Positions 7,602 to 16,229 of a stretch of 60,357 bases of DNA are shown in pieces (the first letter of the stretch is position 1; each line of letters begins with the position of its first letter). The stretch is from Patescibacteria group bacterium. GTDB taxonomy: Bacteria; Patescibacteriota; Minisyncoccia; Phycocordibacterales; JAKFXT01. Made by a program: the position numbers and the translations under genes. The stretch spans positions 1 through 60,357 of the forward strand of contig JBBTUX010000008.1 of assembly GCA_038063555.1 (NCBI GenBank). Reading direction: 5' to 3'. Below the pieces are notes generated by a model that had not been told where the DNA came from, searched no databases, and saw nothing but the letters and a program-made list of their open reading frames with translations.

Positions 7602-7703
7602 ATGAGAAACCGCCACACCGTCAGTACCGCGCCTCCGGCCGCCGCCGCCGCCGCGAACACCGTCCAGGCCAAGTTGAACGCCGACCGGCGCAAGGCAACC
7701 TGA
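7602..7703 (+). CDS. candidate 33-aa peptide (MRNRHTVSTAPPAAAAAANTVQAKLNADRRKAT), or part of an sRNA
   Basis: GC-rich island. GGAG lies 6 nt upstream of the ATG and a terminator hairpin lies 27 nt downstream. Confidence 0.25.
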   Translation: MRNRHTVSTAPPAAAAAANTVQAKLNADRRKAT

Positions 7704-7729
7704 AGAACCAAGTCCAGCCCAAGGAGGCA

Positions 7730-7770
7730 AGCCCCAGGCGCACAACGCGCTCGGGGCTTTAAATTTTCGC
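7730..7770 (+). terminator. intrinsic terminator
   Basis: AGCCCCAGGCGC-loop-GCGCTCGGGGCT followed by TTAAATTTTCGCTTTT. Confidence 0.6.
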
Positions 7771-7815
7771 TTTTAGATTTTTATACGAAAAATACAAATA
7801 AGTTATAATGCCTAA

Positions 7816-10800
7816 ATGGCAAAATTTACTCATCTCCACACTCATTCTCATTACTCCTTGCTTTCAGCTATTCCCAAAATTCCTGAATTGGTGGGAATTG
7901 CCAAAGCGGAAAAAATGGAAGCTCTTGCCTTAACTGATAATGGAAATTTATATGGAGCTATTGAGTTCTATAAAGAATGCAAAAAAGCAAAAATAAAACC
8001 AATTATAGGCGTAGATTTTTATATTTCTCCGAGAAAAAGAAGCGACAAGGAACACAATTTGGACGATAAATACAGTCGTATAATACTTTTAGCTAAAAAT
8101 TTCAAAGGTTATCAAAATCTCATAAAACTCGTCACTCTTTCAAACTTGGAAGGTTTTTTTTATAAACCAAGAATTGATAAGGAACTTTTAGAAAAATATA
8201 AAAATGGGTTAATAGCCATACTTCCTGCTTTTAATAACGAGGTTTCCAAATCTCTCAATAATTCCAATGAAAAGCAGGCGGAAGAAAAACTGCTTTGGTA
8301 CAAAAATACCTACGAGGAAAACCTGTATTTAGAAATCACCAAACACAATGACATAGAAAATCATGCCAAATTAATAGAAAACATAAAATCTTTGGGAGAA
8401 AAATGTTCTGTAGAACTGGTGGCGTCGCATGGTGTTTATTATTTAAAACCCGAAGAAAAAAGAGTTCTGCACGTGGTTGAATCCATTCAAAACAATACCC
8501 ATGAGCCATACGAAGATAGTGGTGGAGATTTTTCTTTTTTGGATGAAAAAACGATTCTCAAAAATTTTGAAAATGAGCCAAGAGCGCTTGAAAATAATCA
8601 AAAAATCGTTGATGAGTGCAATTTGGAATTGGAACTTGGCAAATGGACTTTCCCGAAACTTAAAATTGAAAGTGGTAAAACGCCTGACGAAGAATTGCGG
8701 GACATAACCTACAAAGGACTGGGTTTTAGAAATTTGGAAAAAACAAAAGAAGTAATAGATCGCATTGAATACGAACTTGGTATCATAAAAATGAAAGGAT
8801 TTGCTCCATATTTTTTAGTGGTAGCTGACCTTTTAAAATATGCTCACAATCATGAAGTACTTAGCAATATTCGTGGTTCTGTTTCAGGTTCTCTTGTCAC
8901 CTATTTATCCGGTATTACCAATATTAATCCCATTGAATACGAAATTCCTTTTGAAAGATTCTTAAACCCGGAACGTCCTGGTGCGCCAGATATTGATATG
9001 GATTTTGCTGATAATAGGCGTGACGAAATGATTGAATACGCCAAAAATAAATACGGGTCCACACACGTAGCGCAGATTGGAACCTTCGGAACAATGATGG
9101 CCCGCGGAGCTGTGCGAGATGTTTCTCGCGCCTTGGGTTACCCCTACGGGGTCGGCGACAGAATTGCCAAATTAATTCCTTTTGGCTCACAAGGATTTCC
9201 TATGACAATTGATCACGCTCTTAAAATAACGCCAGAACTTGAAGAATTGTATAAAAAAGAGTCAGATATTAAAGAAATAATTGATATGTCAAAAAGAATT
9301 GAAGGCAATGCGAGGCATATTTCAATTCATGCCGCTGGGGTCGTAATGTCGCCGACAAACCTTGAAGAAACCGTTCCGATTCAACTTGACCCAAAAGAAA
9401 GTGGAAGAATTATTACTCAATACGACATGTATTCGGTTGAAGAAGTTGGTCTTTTGAAATTTGATTTTCTGGGACTTGGCAATTTGGCCATAATTGCTGA
9501 CACTTTCAAATTAATTGAGCGTTTTCACGGAATAAAACTTTCTATGGATAAAGTTCCAATCGATGACAAGAAAACTTTCGAAATGCTGGCTCGTGGCGAA
9601 ACATCTGACACCTTTCAACTTAATGGAAGCGGTATGACAAGATTTTTAATGGATCTAAAACCAACGACAATTCATGATATTAACGCCATGGTGGCGCTTT
9701 ACAGGCCTGGTCCCATGCAATTTATTCCTGATTACATAGCCAGAAAACACGATCCGAAAAAAATACGCTATTTAGATCCTGCACTGGAACCAATATTGCA
9801 AAAAACTTATGGAATTCTGGTCTATCAAGACGATCTTTTAATAATGGTTAACCGTTTAGCTGGATATTCCTGGGGCGAAGTAGATAAATTCCGTAAAGCG
9901 GTCGGTAAAAAAATTCCAGCGGAAATGGAGGCGCAAAGAGAGAATTTTATTAAAGGAGTGGTAAAAAATTCTAAGTGGAGCGAGAAAAAAGCGACTGAAC
10001 TTTGGACTTGGATAGAACCATTTGCCGCCTATGGATTCAACAAAGCTCACTCGGTTTCTTATGGTTTTATCGCTTATCAAACCGCTTATTTAAAAGCCAA
10101 TTTTCCCGGTGAATATATGACTGCGGTATTGACTGAAGAATTGGGCGAGGTGGAAAAAGTGGCTTCCAGTATAAAAGAATGTAAAAGAATGGGTATATCG
10201 GTTCTTCCCCCCAATATCAATGAGAGTTTCAAGGATTTTACTTTAATTAAAGATGGAAACCTGCCCGCCGCCCGCCTGCAAGAAAGCGGGCAGGCGTCGT
10301 TTAACTCCACGGCGCAGGCAGGAAAGGACACAATTCGTTTTGGGCTTGGCAGTATTAAGAATTTTGGTGAAGGTATAGCTCAAATAATCATTGACGAAAG
10401 AAAAAAGAATGGACGTTTTTCCTCTTTAGCAAACTTTTTAAAACGAATCAAAAATAGAAACTTAAATAAAAAATCTCTGGAAGCGTTGGTTTACGCCGGC
10501 GCCTTGGATGATTTTGCTGAACGCGGAATAATGCTTGGCAATCTTGAAGCCCTCCTTGAATTTAATAAAGAAAATCAAAAAGATGATAATCAAACCTCTC
10601 TTTTCGGCGCACTTTCGCAAAACGGCGATGAATTAACTCTAAAAACAATGCCCTCAATGGCAAAAGACGAGAAATTAAAATGGGAAAAAGAATTGCTCGG
10701 ACTTTATTTATCGGGACACCCACTTGATAAATACAAAGAAAAACTGGAGGGACGCGCCATGACCATAGAAAAAATAACCACGCAAATGAAAGAAGGTATG

Positions 10801-11040
10801 ATTGCGGTAGTTTCCGGGATTGTAGAAGAATCCAAAATTCTTTTAACCAAAGGCGGAGACAGAATGTGTTTTGTAAAAATGACAGATTTTACAGGTTCCC
10901 TTGAAGTGGTTATATTTCCTAGAATTTATAATGAGATTAAAGATTTGTTGATTTTAGAAAATTGCATCGCCATAAAAGGCAAAATTTCCCATAGAAATGG
11001 AGCCGTTTCTCTCATAGCCGAAGCGGTGAAAAAACTTTAG
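7816..11040 (+). CDS. dnaE: DNA polymerase III alpha subunit
   Basis: 1074 aa with PHP domain HLHTHSHYSLL and polymerase core (..PDIDMDF.., YQDD-like ILVYQDDLL). TATAAT lies only 4 nt before the ATG. Confidence 0.9.
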   Translation: MAKFTHLHTHSHYSLLSAIPKIPELVGIAKAEKMEALALTDNGNLYGAIEFYKECKKAKIKPIIGVDFYISPRKRSDKEHNLDDKYSRIILLAKNFKGYQNLIKLVTLSNLEGFFYKPRIDKELLEKYKNGLIAILPAFNNEVSKSLNNSNEKQAEEKLLWYKNTYEENLYLEITKHNDIENHAKLIENIKSLGEKCSVELVASHGVYYLKPEEKRVLHVVESIQNNTHEPYEDSGGDFSFLDEKTILKNFENEPRALENNQKIVDECNLELELGKWTFPKLKIESGKTPDEELRDITYKGLGFRNLEKTKEVIDRIEYELGIIKMKGFAPYFLVVADLLKYAHNHEVLSNIRGSVSGSLVTYLSGITNINPIEYEIPFERFLNPERPGAPDIDMDFADNRRDEMIEYAKNKYGSTHVAQIGTFGTMMARGAVRDVSRALGYPYGVGDRIAKLIPFGSQGFPMTIDHALKITPELEELYKKESDIKEIIDMSKRIEGNARHISIHAAGVVMSPTNLEETVPIQLDPKESGRIITQYDMYSVEEVGLLKFDFLGLGNLAIIADTFKLIERFHGIKLSMDKVPIDDKKTFEMLARGETSDTFQLNGSGMTRFLMDLKPTTIHDINAMVALYRPGPMQFIPDYIARKHDPKKIRYLDPALEPILQKTYGILVYQDDLLIMVNRLAGYSWGEVDKFRKAVGKKIPAEMEAQRENFIKGVVKNSKWSEKKATELWTWIEPFAAYGFNKAHSVSYGFIAYQTAYLKANFPGEYMTAVLTEELGEVEKVASSIKECKRMGISVLPPNINESFKDFTLIKDGNLPAARLQESGQASFNSTAQAGKDTIRFGLGSIKNFGEGIAQIIIDERKKNGRFSSLANFLKRIKNRNLNKKSLEALVYAGALDDFAERGIMLGNLEALLEFNKENQKDDNQTSLFGALSQNGDELTLKTMPSMAKDEKLKWEKELLGLYLSGHPLDKYKEKLEGRAMTIEKITTQMKEGMIAVVSGIVEESKILLTKGGDRMCFVKMTDFTGSLEVVIFPRIYNEIKDLLILENCIAIKGKISHRNGAVSLIAEAVKKL
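10271..10294 (+). repeat. 24-nt GC-rich hairpin mini-element (CCCGCCTGC-N7-CGGGCAGG) inside dnaE, within a 65-nt GC-rich in-frame patch (10261-10325)
   Basis: The same 9+8 nt arms are found at 49992-50015 (opposite strand). Encodes part of LPAARLQESGQASFNSTAQAGK. Confidence 0.7.
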
Positions 11041-11063
11041 AAATATCCCCTTCTCCTTATTTT

Positions 11064-11097
11064 CTCCTTAATTCTTACGATCGTAAGAATTAAGGAG
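11064..11097. repeat. perfect 34-nt palindrome between dnaE and thrS
   Basis: CTCCTTAATTCTTACGA|TCGTAAGAATTAAGGAG. Confidence 0.8.
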
Positions 11098-11147
11098 GGC
11101 GGGAAAAAATTTTGAAGTAAGCAAAAAATCAGTTAGGATAAATACCA

Positions 11148-12401
11148 ATGAGTGAAGATGCAGAAAAATCAAATGATCATAAACGCTTAGGGCACGAACT
11201 AGACCTTTTTGCATTTTCCGACACTGTGGGAAAAGGACTCCCTCTTTGGACCTCGAAAGGAGCGACGGTTAGACGCGAGCTGGAGAGATTTATAGTGGAT
11301 GAAGAAATTAAGCGTGGCTACCTGCATGTTTACACGCCAGATATTGCAAAGTTAGATTTATATAAAAAGTCAGGACATTACCCACACTATCAAGATTCAA
11401 TGTATGCGCCAATTGAAATTGATAAAGAAAAATTTATGTTACGCCCCATGACTTGCCCGCATCATTTTGAACTTTATTTACGCAAACCCTGGAGCTACAG
11501 AGAGTTGCCAGTACGCATGGCAGAACTTGCCAAACTTTATCGCTATGAACAATCGGGCGAACTTATGGGGCTACAGAGAGTGCGCACTTTTTGTTTAGCT
11601 GATGCCCATATTATTTGTAAAAACGAAGAGGAAGCGGTGGATGAAATGGGCCGGGCCTTAGATTTAATAGAGTATGCCAACGGCGTTTTGGGACTCGAAA
11701 TGGGAAAAGATTATCATTATCGCCTTTCGCTTGGAGACAGAAACAATATAGAAAAATATTATAAAGATGATAAGGGTTGGGACAAAGCGGAAGATTTGTT
11801 GCGCAAACTGATGGACGGGAGAGGGGTAAAATATGTGGAAGGAAAAAATGAAGCCGCCTTCTACGGACCCAAAATTGATATTCAAATGAAAAATGCCAAC
11901 GGTAAAGAAGACACCGCTTTCACTGTTCAATATGATTTATCTAGTCCAGAAAAATTTAATCTTGTTTATATAGGCGAGGACGGCAAAGAACATCGCGCTT
12001 TTGTGGTGCATCGCTCATCAATTGGTTCCATTGAGCGCACTATGTCTTTCTTAATAGAAAAATATGCTGGCGCCTTCCCTCTTTGGCTCTCACCCACTCA
12101 AGTAAGGATTTTGCCGATAAGCGAAAAACACCTTGAATACGCAAAATCAGTTTACGAAGAATTTAGAAAAGAAAATATTCGCACAGAAATTGATGAGAGT
12201 AATGAAACTTTGGGCAAGAAAATCAGAAACGGCAAGACGGAAAAAATCCCCTATCTTTTGGTAATCGGGGACAAGGAAATAGAAAGTGAGACGGTGAGTG
12301 TAGAAAGCCGCGATGAAGGCCAGCTCGGTGCTCAAAAATTAGAGGGTTTAATCTCCAAACTCAAAAAAGAAATCTCCGAAAAGAAATCGGGAAAGAAGTA
12401 G
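11148..12401 (+). CDS. thrS: threonyl-tRNA synthetase, catalytic plus anticodon-binding domains only (417 aa)
   Basis: ..RLGHELDLF...GKGLPLWTSKGATVRRELE.., class II motifs. The N-terminal TGS and editing domains are absent. Confidence 0.85.
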   Translation: MSEDAEKSNDHKRLGHELDLFAFSDTVGKGLPLWTSKGATVRRELERFIVDEEIKRGYLHVYTPDIAKLDLYKKSGHYPHYQDSMYAPIEIDKEKFMLRPMTCPHHFELYLRKPWSYRELPVRMAELAKLYRYEQSGELMGLQRVRTFCLADAHIICKNEEEAVDEMGRALDLIEYANGVLGLEMGKDYHYRLSLGDRNNIEKYYKDDKGWDKAEDLLRKLMDGRGVKYVEGKNEAAFYGPKIDIQMKNANGKEDTAFTVQYDLSSPEKFNLVYIGEDGKEHRAFVVHRSSIGSIERTMSFLIEKYAGAFPLWLSPTQVRILPISEKHLEYAKSVYEEFRKENIRTEIDESNETLGKKIRNGKTEKIPYLLVIGDKEIESETVSVESRDEGQLGAQKLEGLISKLKKEISEKKSGKK

Positions 12402-12429
12402 TAATCAACCCTGAAGCATCAGAAAATAG

Positions 12430-14070
12430 TTAGGCAAAAACGGGAATCATTTCTCCATTATTTCCAAGTGTATTTTCGCGAGAAGCTTTTTCCAAAAATA
12501 ATGTGGTGCTGAATCCTTGCGAACTTAATTTTTTCAAAAAGTTTTCTGCCTTTTTAAATTCGCCACGCTCAATCCACCTTGCATAATTACCGCTAAAAGA
12601 AAGGTATGTTTCAAAAATAACCTTGCGTGCTTTGGAAAGCGTTATCATGACATATTCATTTTCACGAGTTTGCGCTGAAACCACTTTTATCACTTCCCTA
12701 AGTATTGGGTAAGTTTTGTAAATGTTAAATTCCCCCGCAGAAAAAATAACTTTGGCGGCGTCCGTGGTAAGGATAGCTTCTTGTTCTTTAGCAAAAATAA
12801 TAAGTTTTTCTATGATTTCTGAAGCAATTTCTTGTGGAGAATTGGTTTTGGTTGGCACATTCACTACAGAATTCGAACTATTAATTTTCTTAAACAATAT
12901 ATTGTTTAATTGTTTTATATCCTGACCATAAACTGAAACATAGGCAATAGATACACTCATTAAGATAAGCGCTATTAAATAAAGCATGGTCAAAAGAATA
13001 TCGCCAATTCCCGTATAAGGAAGTTGTGAAAGGAATAGTCCAGAATAAGGAGTTTGGGAAAGGAAAACTGAAGCAAGTGGGGCAGATGTTGCAACGGTAA
13101 GAGAAACTGTCGGAGGAAAAGATCCACCGCCACCACCGCCACCACCGCCACCACCGCCACCACCGCCACCCGCGTTAATTGTTATAACTAGAGACGAATC
13201 GCTAGAACCACAGTTATTTGTCGCAGTAGTTGTGGCGTTAAACGTTCCTGCCACTGTGGGCGTACCAGAAATAACTCCGGTTGCGGTATCAACTGAAAGT
13301 CCGGACGGCAAATTAATTGCGCCAAATGAAGTTGGGTTGTTTGTGGCGGTTATTTGATAACTAAATAGAGAACCAACTGTCCCCGAGGCACTTCCTGAAC
13401 TATTCATAACAGGAGGCGCAACAGGACAAGCTCCAACTGGATTTATAACAATAGTTAAAATTTGATTAGCGCTACCGCAATTGTTTGTAGCTGTTATCGT
13501 AACCGTAAATGTTCCTGCAACGGTTGGCGTTCCAGAAATTATTCCTGTTAGAGAACCAATGGAAAGTCCATTTGGTAAAGCTGTAACAGTAACCAAAGTA
13601 GCATCCAATACTACAGGAGAAAAAGAAAATGGTGTTCCCACAGTTCCATTAGCAGAAGATGCGTTTGTAATAGTTGGTAATGGAAATGAACAAGGTAATG
13701 TAGGCGTAACAGGAGTAGTCCCACCACTTATAGTAGGACTAACATTATTTAAATCAACGCCACCAAAAGAGGGGTCCCCGACAGAATCGCCTCCAGTGTC
13801 TGTTGCGCTCCCACCTCCACCATCAGGAGTACCTCCGTTACTGCCTCCGCCTCCGTCAGGAGAGCCCGATGATCCACCGCCTCCGTCTGGACCACCAGCA
13901 GAACCTCCACCACCATCAGGACCATCATCAGCGTAAACCATAAGCAAGGTATTGACTGAAGAAAAATGTTCTTTCAAAAAATGATTGGGAGAAAAAATAA
14001 TTACCAATGCAAAAAAGATACTCAAAAGTACTATTAAATTTTTATTTTTTTGTAATTTCTTAACAAACAT
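12430..14070 (-). CDS. membrane-anchored surface protein with PDGGGGS repeats, two Ig-like (He_PIG-type) domains and a Gly16 tract
   Basis: Start moved to MFVKKLQKNKNLIVLL (signal/TM). Two LPNGLS..TG.ISGTPT.AGTF..T.TATNNCGS modules. Confidence 0.7.
   Translation of the reverse strand: MFVKKLQKNKNLIVLLSIFFALVIIFSPNHFLKEHFSSVNTLLMVYADDGPDGGGGSAGGPDGGGGSSGSPDGGGGSNGGTPDGGGGSATDTGGDSVGDPSFGGVDLNNVSPTISGGTTPVTPTLPCSFPLPTITNASSANGTVGTPFSFSPVVLDATLVTVTALPNGLSIGSLTGIISGTPTVAGTFTVTITATNNCGSANQILTIVINPVGACPVAPPVMNSSGSASGTVGSLFSYQITATNNPTSFGAINLPSGLSVDTATGVISGTPTVAGTFNATTTATNNCGSSDSSLVITINAGGGGGGGGGGGGGGGGSFPPTVSLTVATSAPLASVFLSQTPYSGLFLSQLPYTGIGDILLTMLYLIALILMSVSIAYVSVYGQDIKQLNNILFKKINSSNSVVNVPTKTNSPQEIASEIIEKLIIFAKEQEAILTTDAAKVIFSAGEFNIYKTYPILREVIKVVSAQTRENEYVMITLSKARKVIFETYLSFSGNYARWIERGEFKKAENFLKKLSSQGFSTTLFLEKASRENTLGNNGEMIPVFA
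13124..13171. repeat. tandem 9-nt repeat (CCACCGCCA)n encoding Gly16
   Basis: Read directly from the sequence. Confidence 0.85.
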
Positions 14071-14104
14071 ATTTCTTGAATTACTATCCAAGTATAAAAT
14101 GGTG

Positions 14105-14130
14105 CCGGAAGCGCGCGAACGCGCTTCCGG
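14105..14130. terminator. GC-rich hairpin downstream of the lipoprotein gene
   Basis: CCGGAAGCGCG-cgaa-CGCGCTTCCGG. Confidence 0.5.
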
Positions 14131-14148
14131 AACACCCAAACGAACTAC

Positions 14149-15177
14149 CTACCTTGCAAAGTGCGTACTCGCAAGACACCAGTTGCCCCACTCTTGTGGG
14201 TGGAACTTCAACTGCCTCACCCCGTCATGCTTTGGTGGAGAGAATACATCCTCGGCAAAGGTGAGAACGATTTGCTTTTTCACGTCCTTATTACTGAAAA
14301 TCATGACCGCACCACCGCCCTCCGTCATTTTCTCTCCCAAATCCCTGACGATCTTCCCCGAAGGGTAATCTGCAAGAGACAGGTTGTATTTCGTCGGAAC
14401 GCGACTCATGCGCTCACCTGCGCTTGGAGATTGTCTCAATCCCCCTCCCATAATGCGCGGGAAGGAATCACCGTGATATCCCCTTTCGCCTTTCGTGATC
14501 TGCGTTAGCCGATCACGCTGTTTCGGGGACATCTTGGTGATATCCCAGGACCAGATTACGAGTGCACGTCCCTGCGGACATATCTCCGTTGCCGGAACTC
14601 CTGGGAGTGACGCGACGGTTGGCGCTGTTGAAAATGAAACGAAAAAGTTCTGACAGCCGTCGAATTGACCGGCGTACACGCCATCACCGAGGTCACATAT
14701 CGTAACCACCTTTGACGGCAACTTTTTCAAATCAGATGCAACGTTAGCACGGTTCTTGTGGACACCGCCCGAAGTGAAGTTGAGCCAGTCGACAGCAAAT
14801 TTCTCGCCGTCTTTGATGTCATACTTCATGCACTCGCCAGACGCAAACATTGCCTTGAGCTTACCTTTTTGCCTCGTATCGAGCGGCATTTCAGCGATCG
14901 CTTCGTCGAGCATCCCTTTGTAGGGAAACAATCCCATCTCCGTCCACGTTTTGCCCTTGGTAGGGTTCTTTGAGGAGGGAAAACTGGTAATACTCAGCCG
15001 CGTTTCCGCCAGTTTGGCGGGTATTGCAACTTCTGGCGCCGGCTTGGCTGCGGGTTTTGCGACCGTGACCGGTCCCGCCGGTTTCACTTCCGGCGCCTTC
15101 GGCGGCGCCAAATGTATTGCGCACCCCGAGAGCAGAACAGCCAACATCACGGCAAACAAATTCTTCAGCTTGGTCAT
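14149..15177 (-). CDS. GC-rich lipoprotein of unknown function (342 aa)
   Basis: Signal peptide with lipobox LLSGC. GGAGG lies 4 nt upstream of the ATG. GC content is clearly above that of the neighbours. Confidence 0.75.
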   Translation of the reverse strand: MTKLKNLFAVMLAVLLSGCAIHLAPPKAPEVKPAGPVTVAKPAAKPAPEVAIPAKLAETRLSITSFPSSKNPTKGKTWTEMGLFPYKGMLDEAIAEMPLDTRQKGKLKAMFASGECMKYDIKDGEKFAVDWLNFTSGGVHKNRANVASDLKKLPSKVVTICDLGDGVYAGQFDGCQNFFVSFSTAPTVASLPGVPATEICPQGRALVIWSWDITKMSPKQRDRLTQITKGERGYHGDSFPRIMGGGLRQSPSAGERMSRVPTKYNLSLADYPSGKIVRDLGEKMTEGGGAVMIFSNKDVKKQIVLTFAEDVFSPPKHDGVRQLKFHPQEWGNWCLASTHFAR

Positions 15178-15213
15178 AAGACCTCCTTTGAATTTCGGTT
15201 TTGATTCGTTTGA

Positions 15214-15249
15214 CCCACTTTTCTAAGTTTTAAAACTTAGAAAAGTGGG
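15214..15249. repeat. perfect 36-nt palindrome
   Basis: CCCACTTTTCTAAGTTTT|AAAACTTAGAAAAGTGGG, between the sortase gene and the lipoprotein gene. Confidence 0.8.
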
Positions 15250-15335
15250 AGTTTCAATGTACTTCTTCCCCTTCCGGTTTTGCCGAAAGTTGATTGAAGA
15301 AAAATTTTTTCCTCCACTCAACTTTCTACAATGTT

Positions 15336-16004
15336 TTATATATTCGTGGCTTCCACAAATTTTGCCGTTACTATAAATCTGTCTTGCTTTTTGCCAAACG
15401 AATCACAGGTCGCAAGAATCAATTTTCTTTCAAAATTTCCTATATCAATGAATCCATCATCCGCCGTCGTCTTTTCCATCTTTTCAACAACGTAAACATA
15501 TTTTTTATCTTTGCCATAAAGTTCAATCAAATCACCCACTTTTAATTTCTGAATCCCATTGAAAGCTTTGTAAGCTTGATTATGAACTACCGGTAAGTAC
15601 GAAGAGTGTCCCAAAAGAAACATGTTTCTTTTACTTTCCAAATCTCCCGAACCTGGGTAATGCACCACACCTTTAAGAAGGGCCGCATCAAGCACGGCGA
15701 CCGCAGTCCCTTGTGGACTCAAAATTGTGTTATCCATTTCTATAGCTCTAATCACAATCCTTATCGGTTCGCTGTAAACGCCGGTGCGCTCACTGAAGAT
15801 TTCTTCATTTTTCAAAACTTCATTTGCCTTTTTCTCTTCATTATCCTTTATGAAAAGTGAAAAGAAAAAATTATTGACCTCCTTTACTGGTGTTGGACTT
15901 AAACCAATGGCTGTAAGCAAGACAAGTAAGATTGCAAAAACAGCAATGGAACGCTTCACGAAGCGCCAAAACTTATTATTTTCTGATATCCCTTTATCTT
16001 CCAT
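15336..16004 (-). CDS. sortase-family transpeptidase
   Basis: N-terminal TM segment, LLGHSSY (catalytic His) and LILATCD (TLxTC-type Cys motif). Confidence 0.7.
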   Translation of the reverse strand: MEDKGISENNKFWRFVKRSIAVFAILLVLLTAIGLSPTPVKEVNNFFFSLFIKDNEEKKANEVLKNEEIFSERTGVYSEPIRIVIRAIEMDNTILSPQGTAVAVLDAALLKGVVHYPGSGDLESKRNMFLLGHSSYLPVVHNQAYKAFNGIQKLKVGDLIELYGKDKKYVYVVEKMEKTTADDGFIDIGNFERKLILATCDSFGKKQDRFIVTAKFVEATNI

Positions 16005-16161
16005 ATGCCTTATTTTCTAGTTCTTCAAATTACACCTTTTATTAATCAAAGCAAGTTCATTATCAAAAAACTCATATCTTGCGCTACCTTGCACCCTAGC
16101 ATATATTTATATATAAGTCAATATTGGCGAAACTACTAATTAATGTTTTTATTTTAAGGTA

Positions 16162-16190
16162 TTGACAATACGTTCTCAATGTGATATACA
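16162..16190 (+). promoter_or_regulatory. sigma70-type promoter
   Basis: TTGACA, 17-nt spacer, TATACA, about 40 nt upstream of the 16230 start. Confidence 0.6.
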
Positions 16191-16229
16191 AAGAAAAAGC
16201 CCCAATTCGGGGTTAAATTAGAAAAACAT

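Noticed and set aside
7463-7711. 82-aa minus-strand ORF between rnhB and dnaE
   Set aside because: It has no RBS, it runs through the terminator hairpin region, and the start given in the track is not ATG-supported. The plus-strand SD-ATG-terminator arrangement is more coherent, though still weak.
13124-13171. Possible CRISPR-like or other array of short repeats
   Set aside because: It is a contiguous 9-nt tandem repeat with no spacers, in frame within a CDS (Gly16). No CRISPR array or cas gene is present anywhere in the window.
13481-13936. 151-aa plus-strand Pro/Gly-rich ORF
   Set aside because: It is antisense to the Ig-domain/PDGGGGS surface protein, with no start context.
14891-15226. 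ORFs overlapping the lipoprotein gene (77 aa minus strand, 91 aa plus strand)
   Set aside because: They are alternate frames within a GC-rich CDS, and the lipobox-containing frame explains the region.
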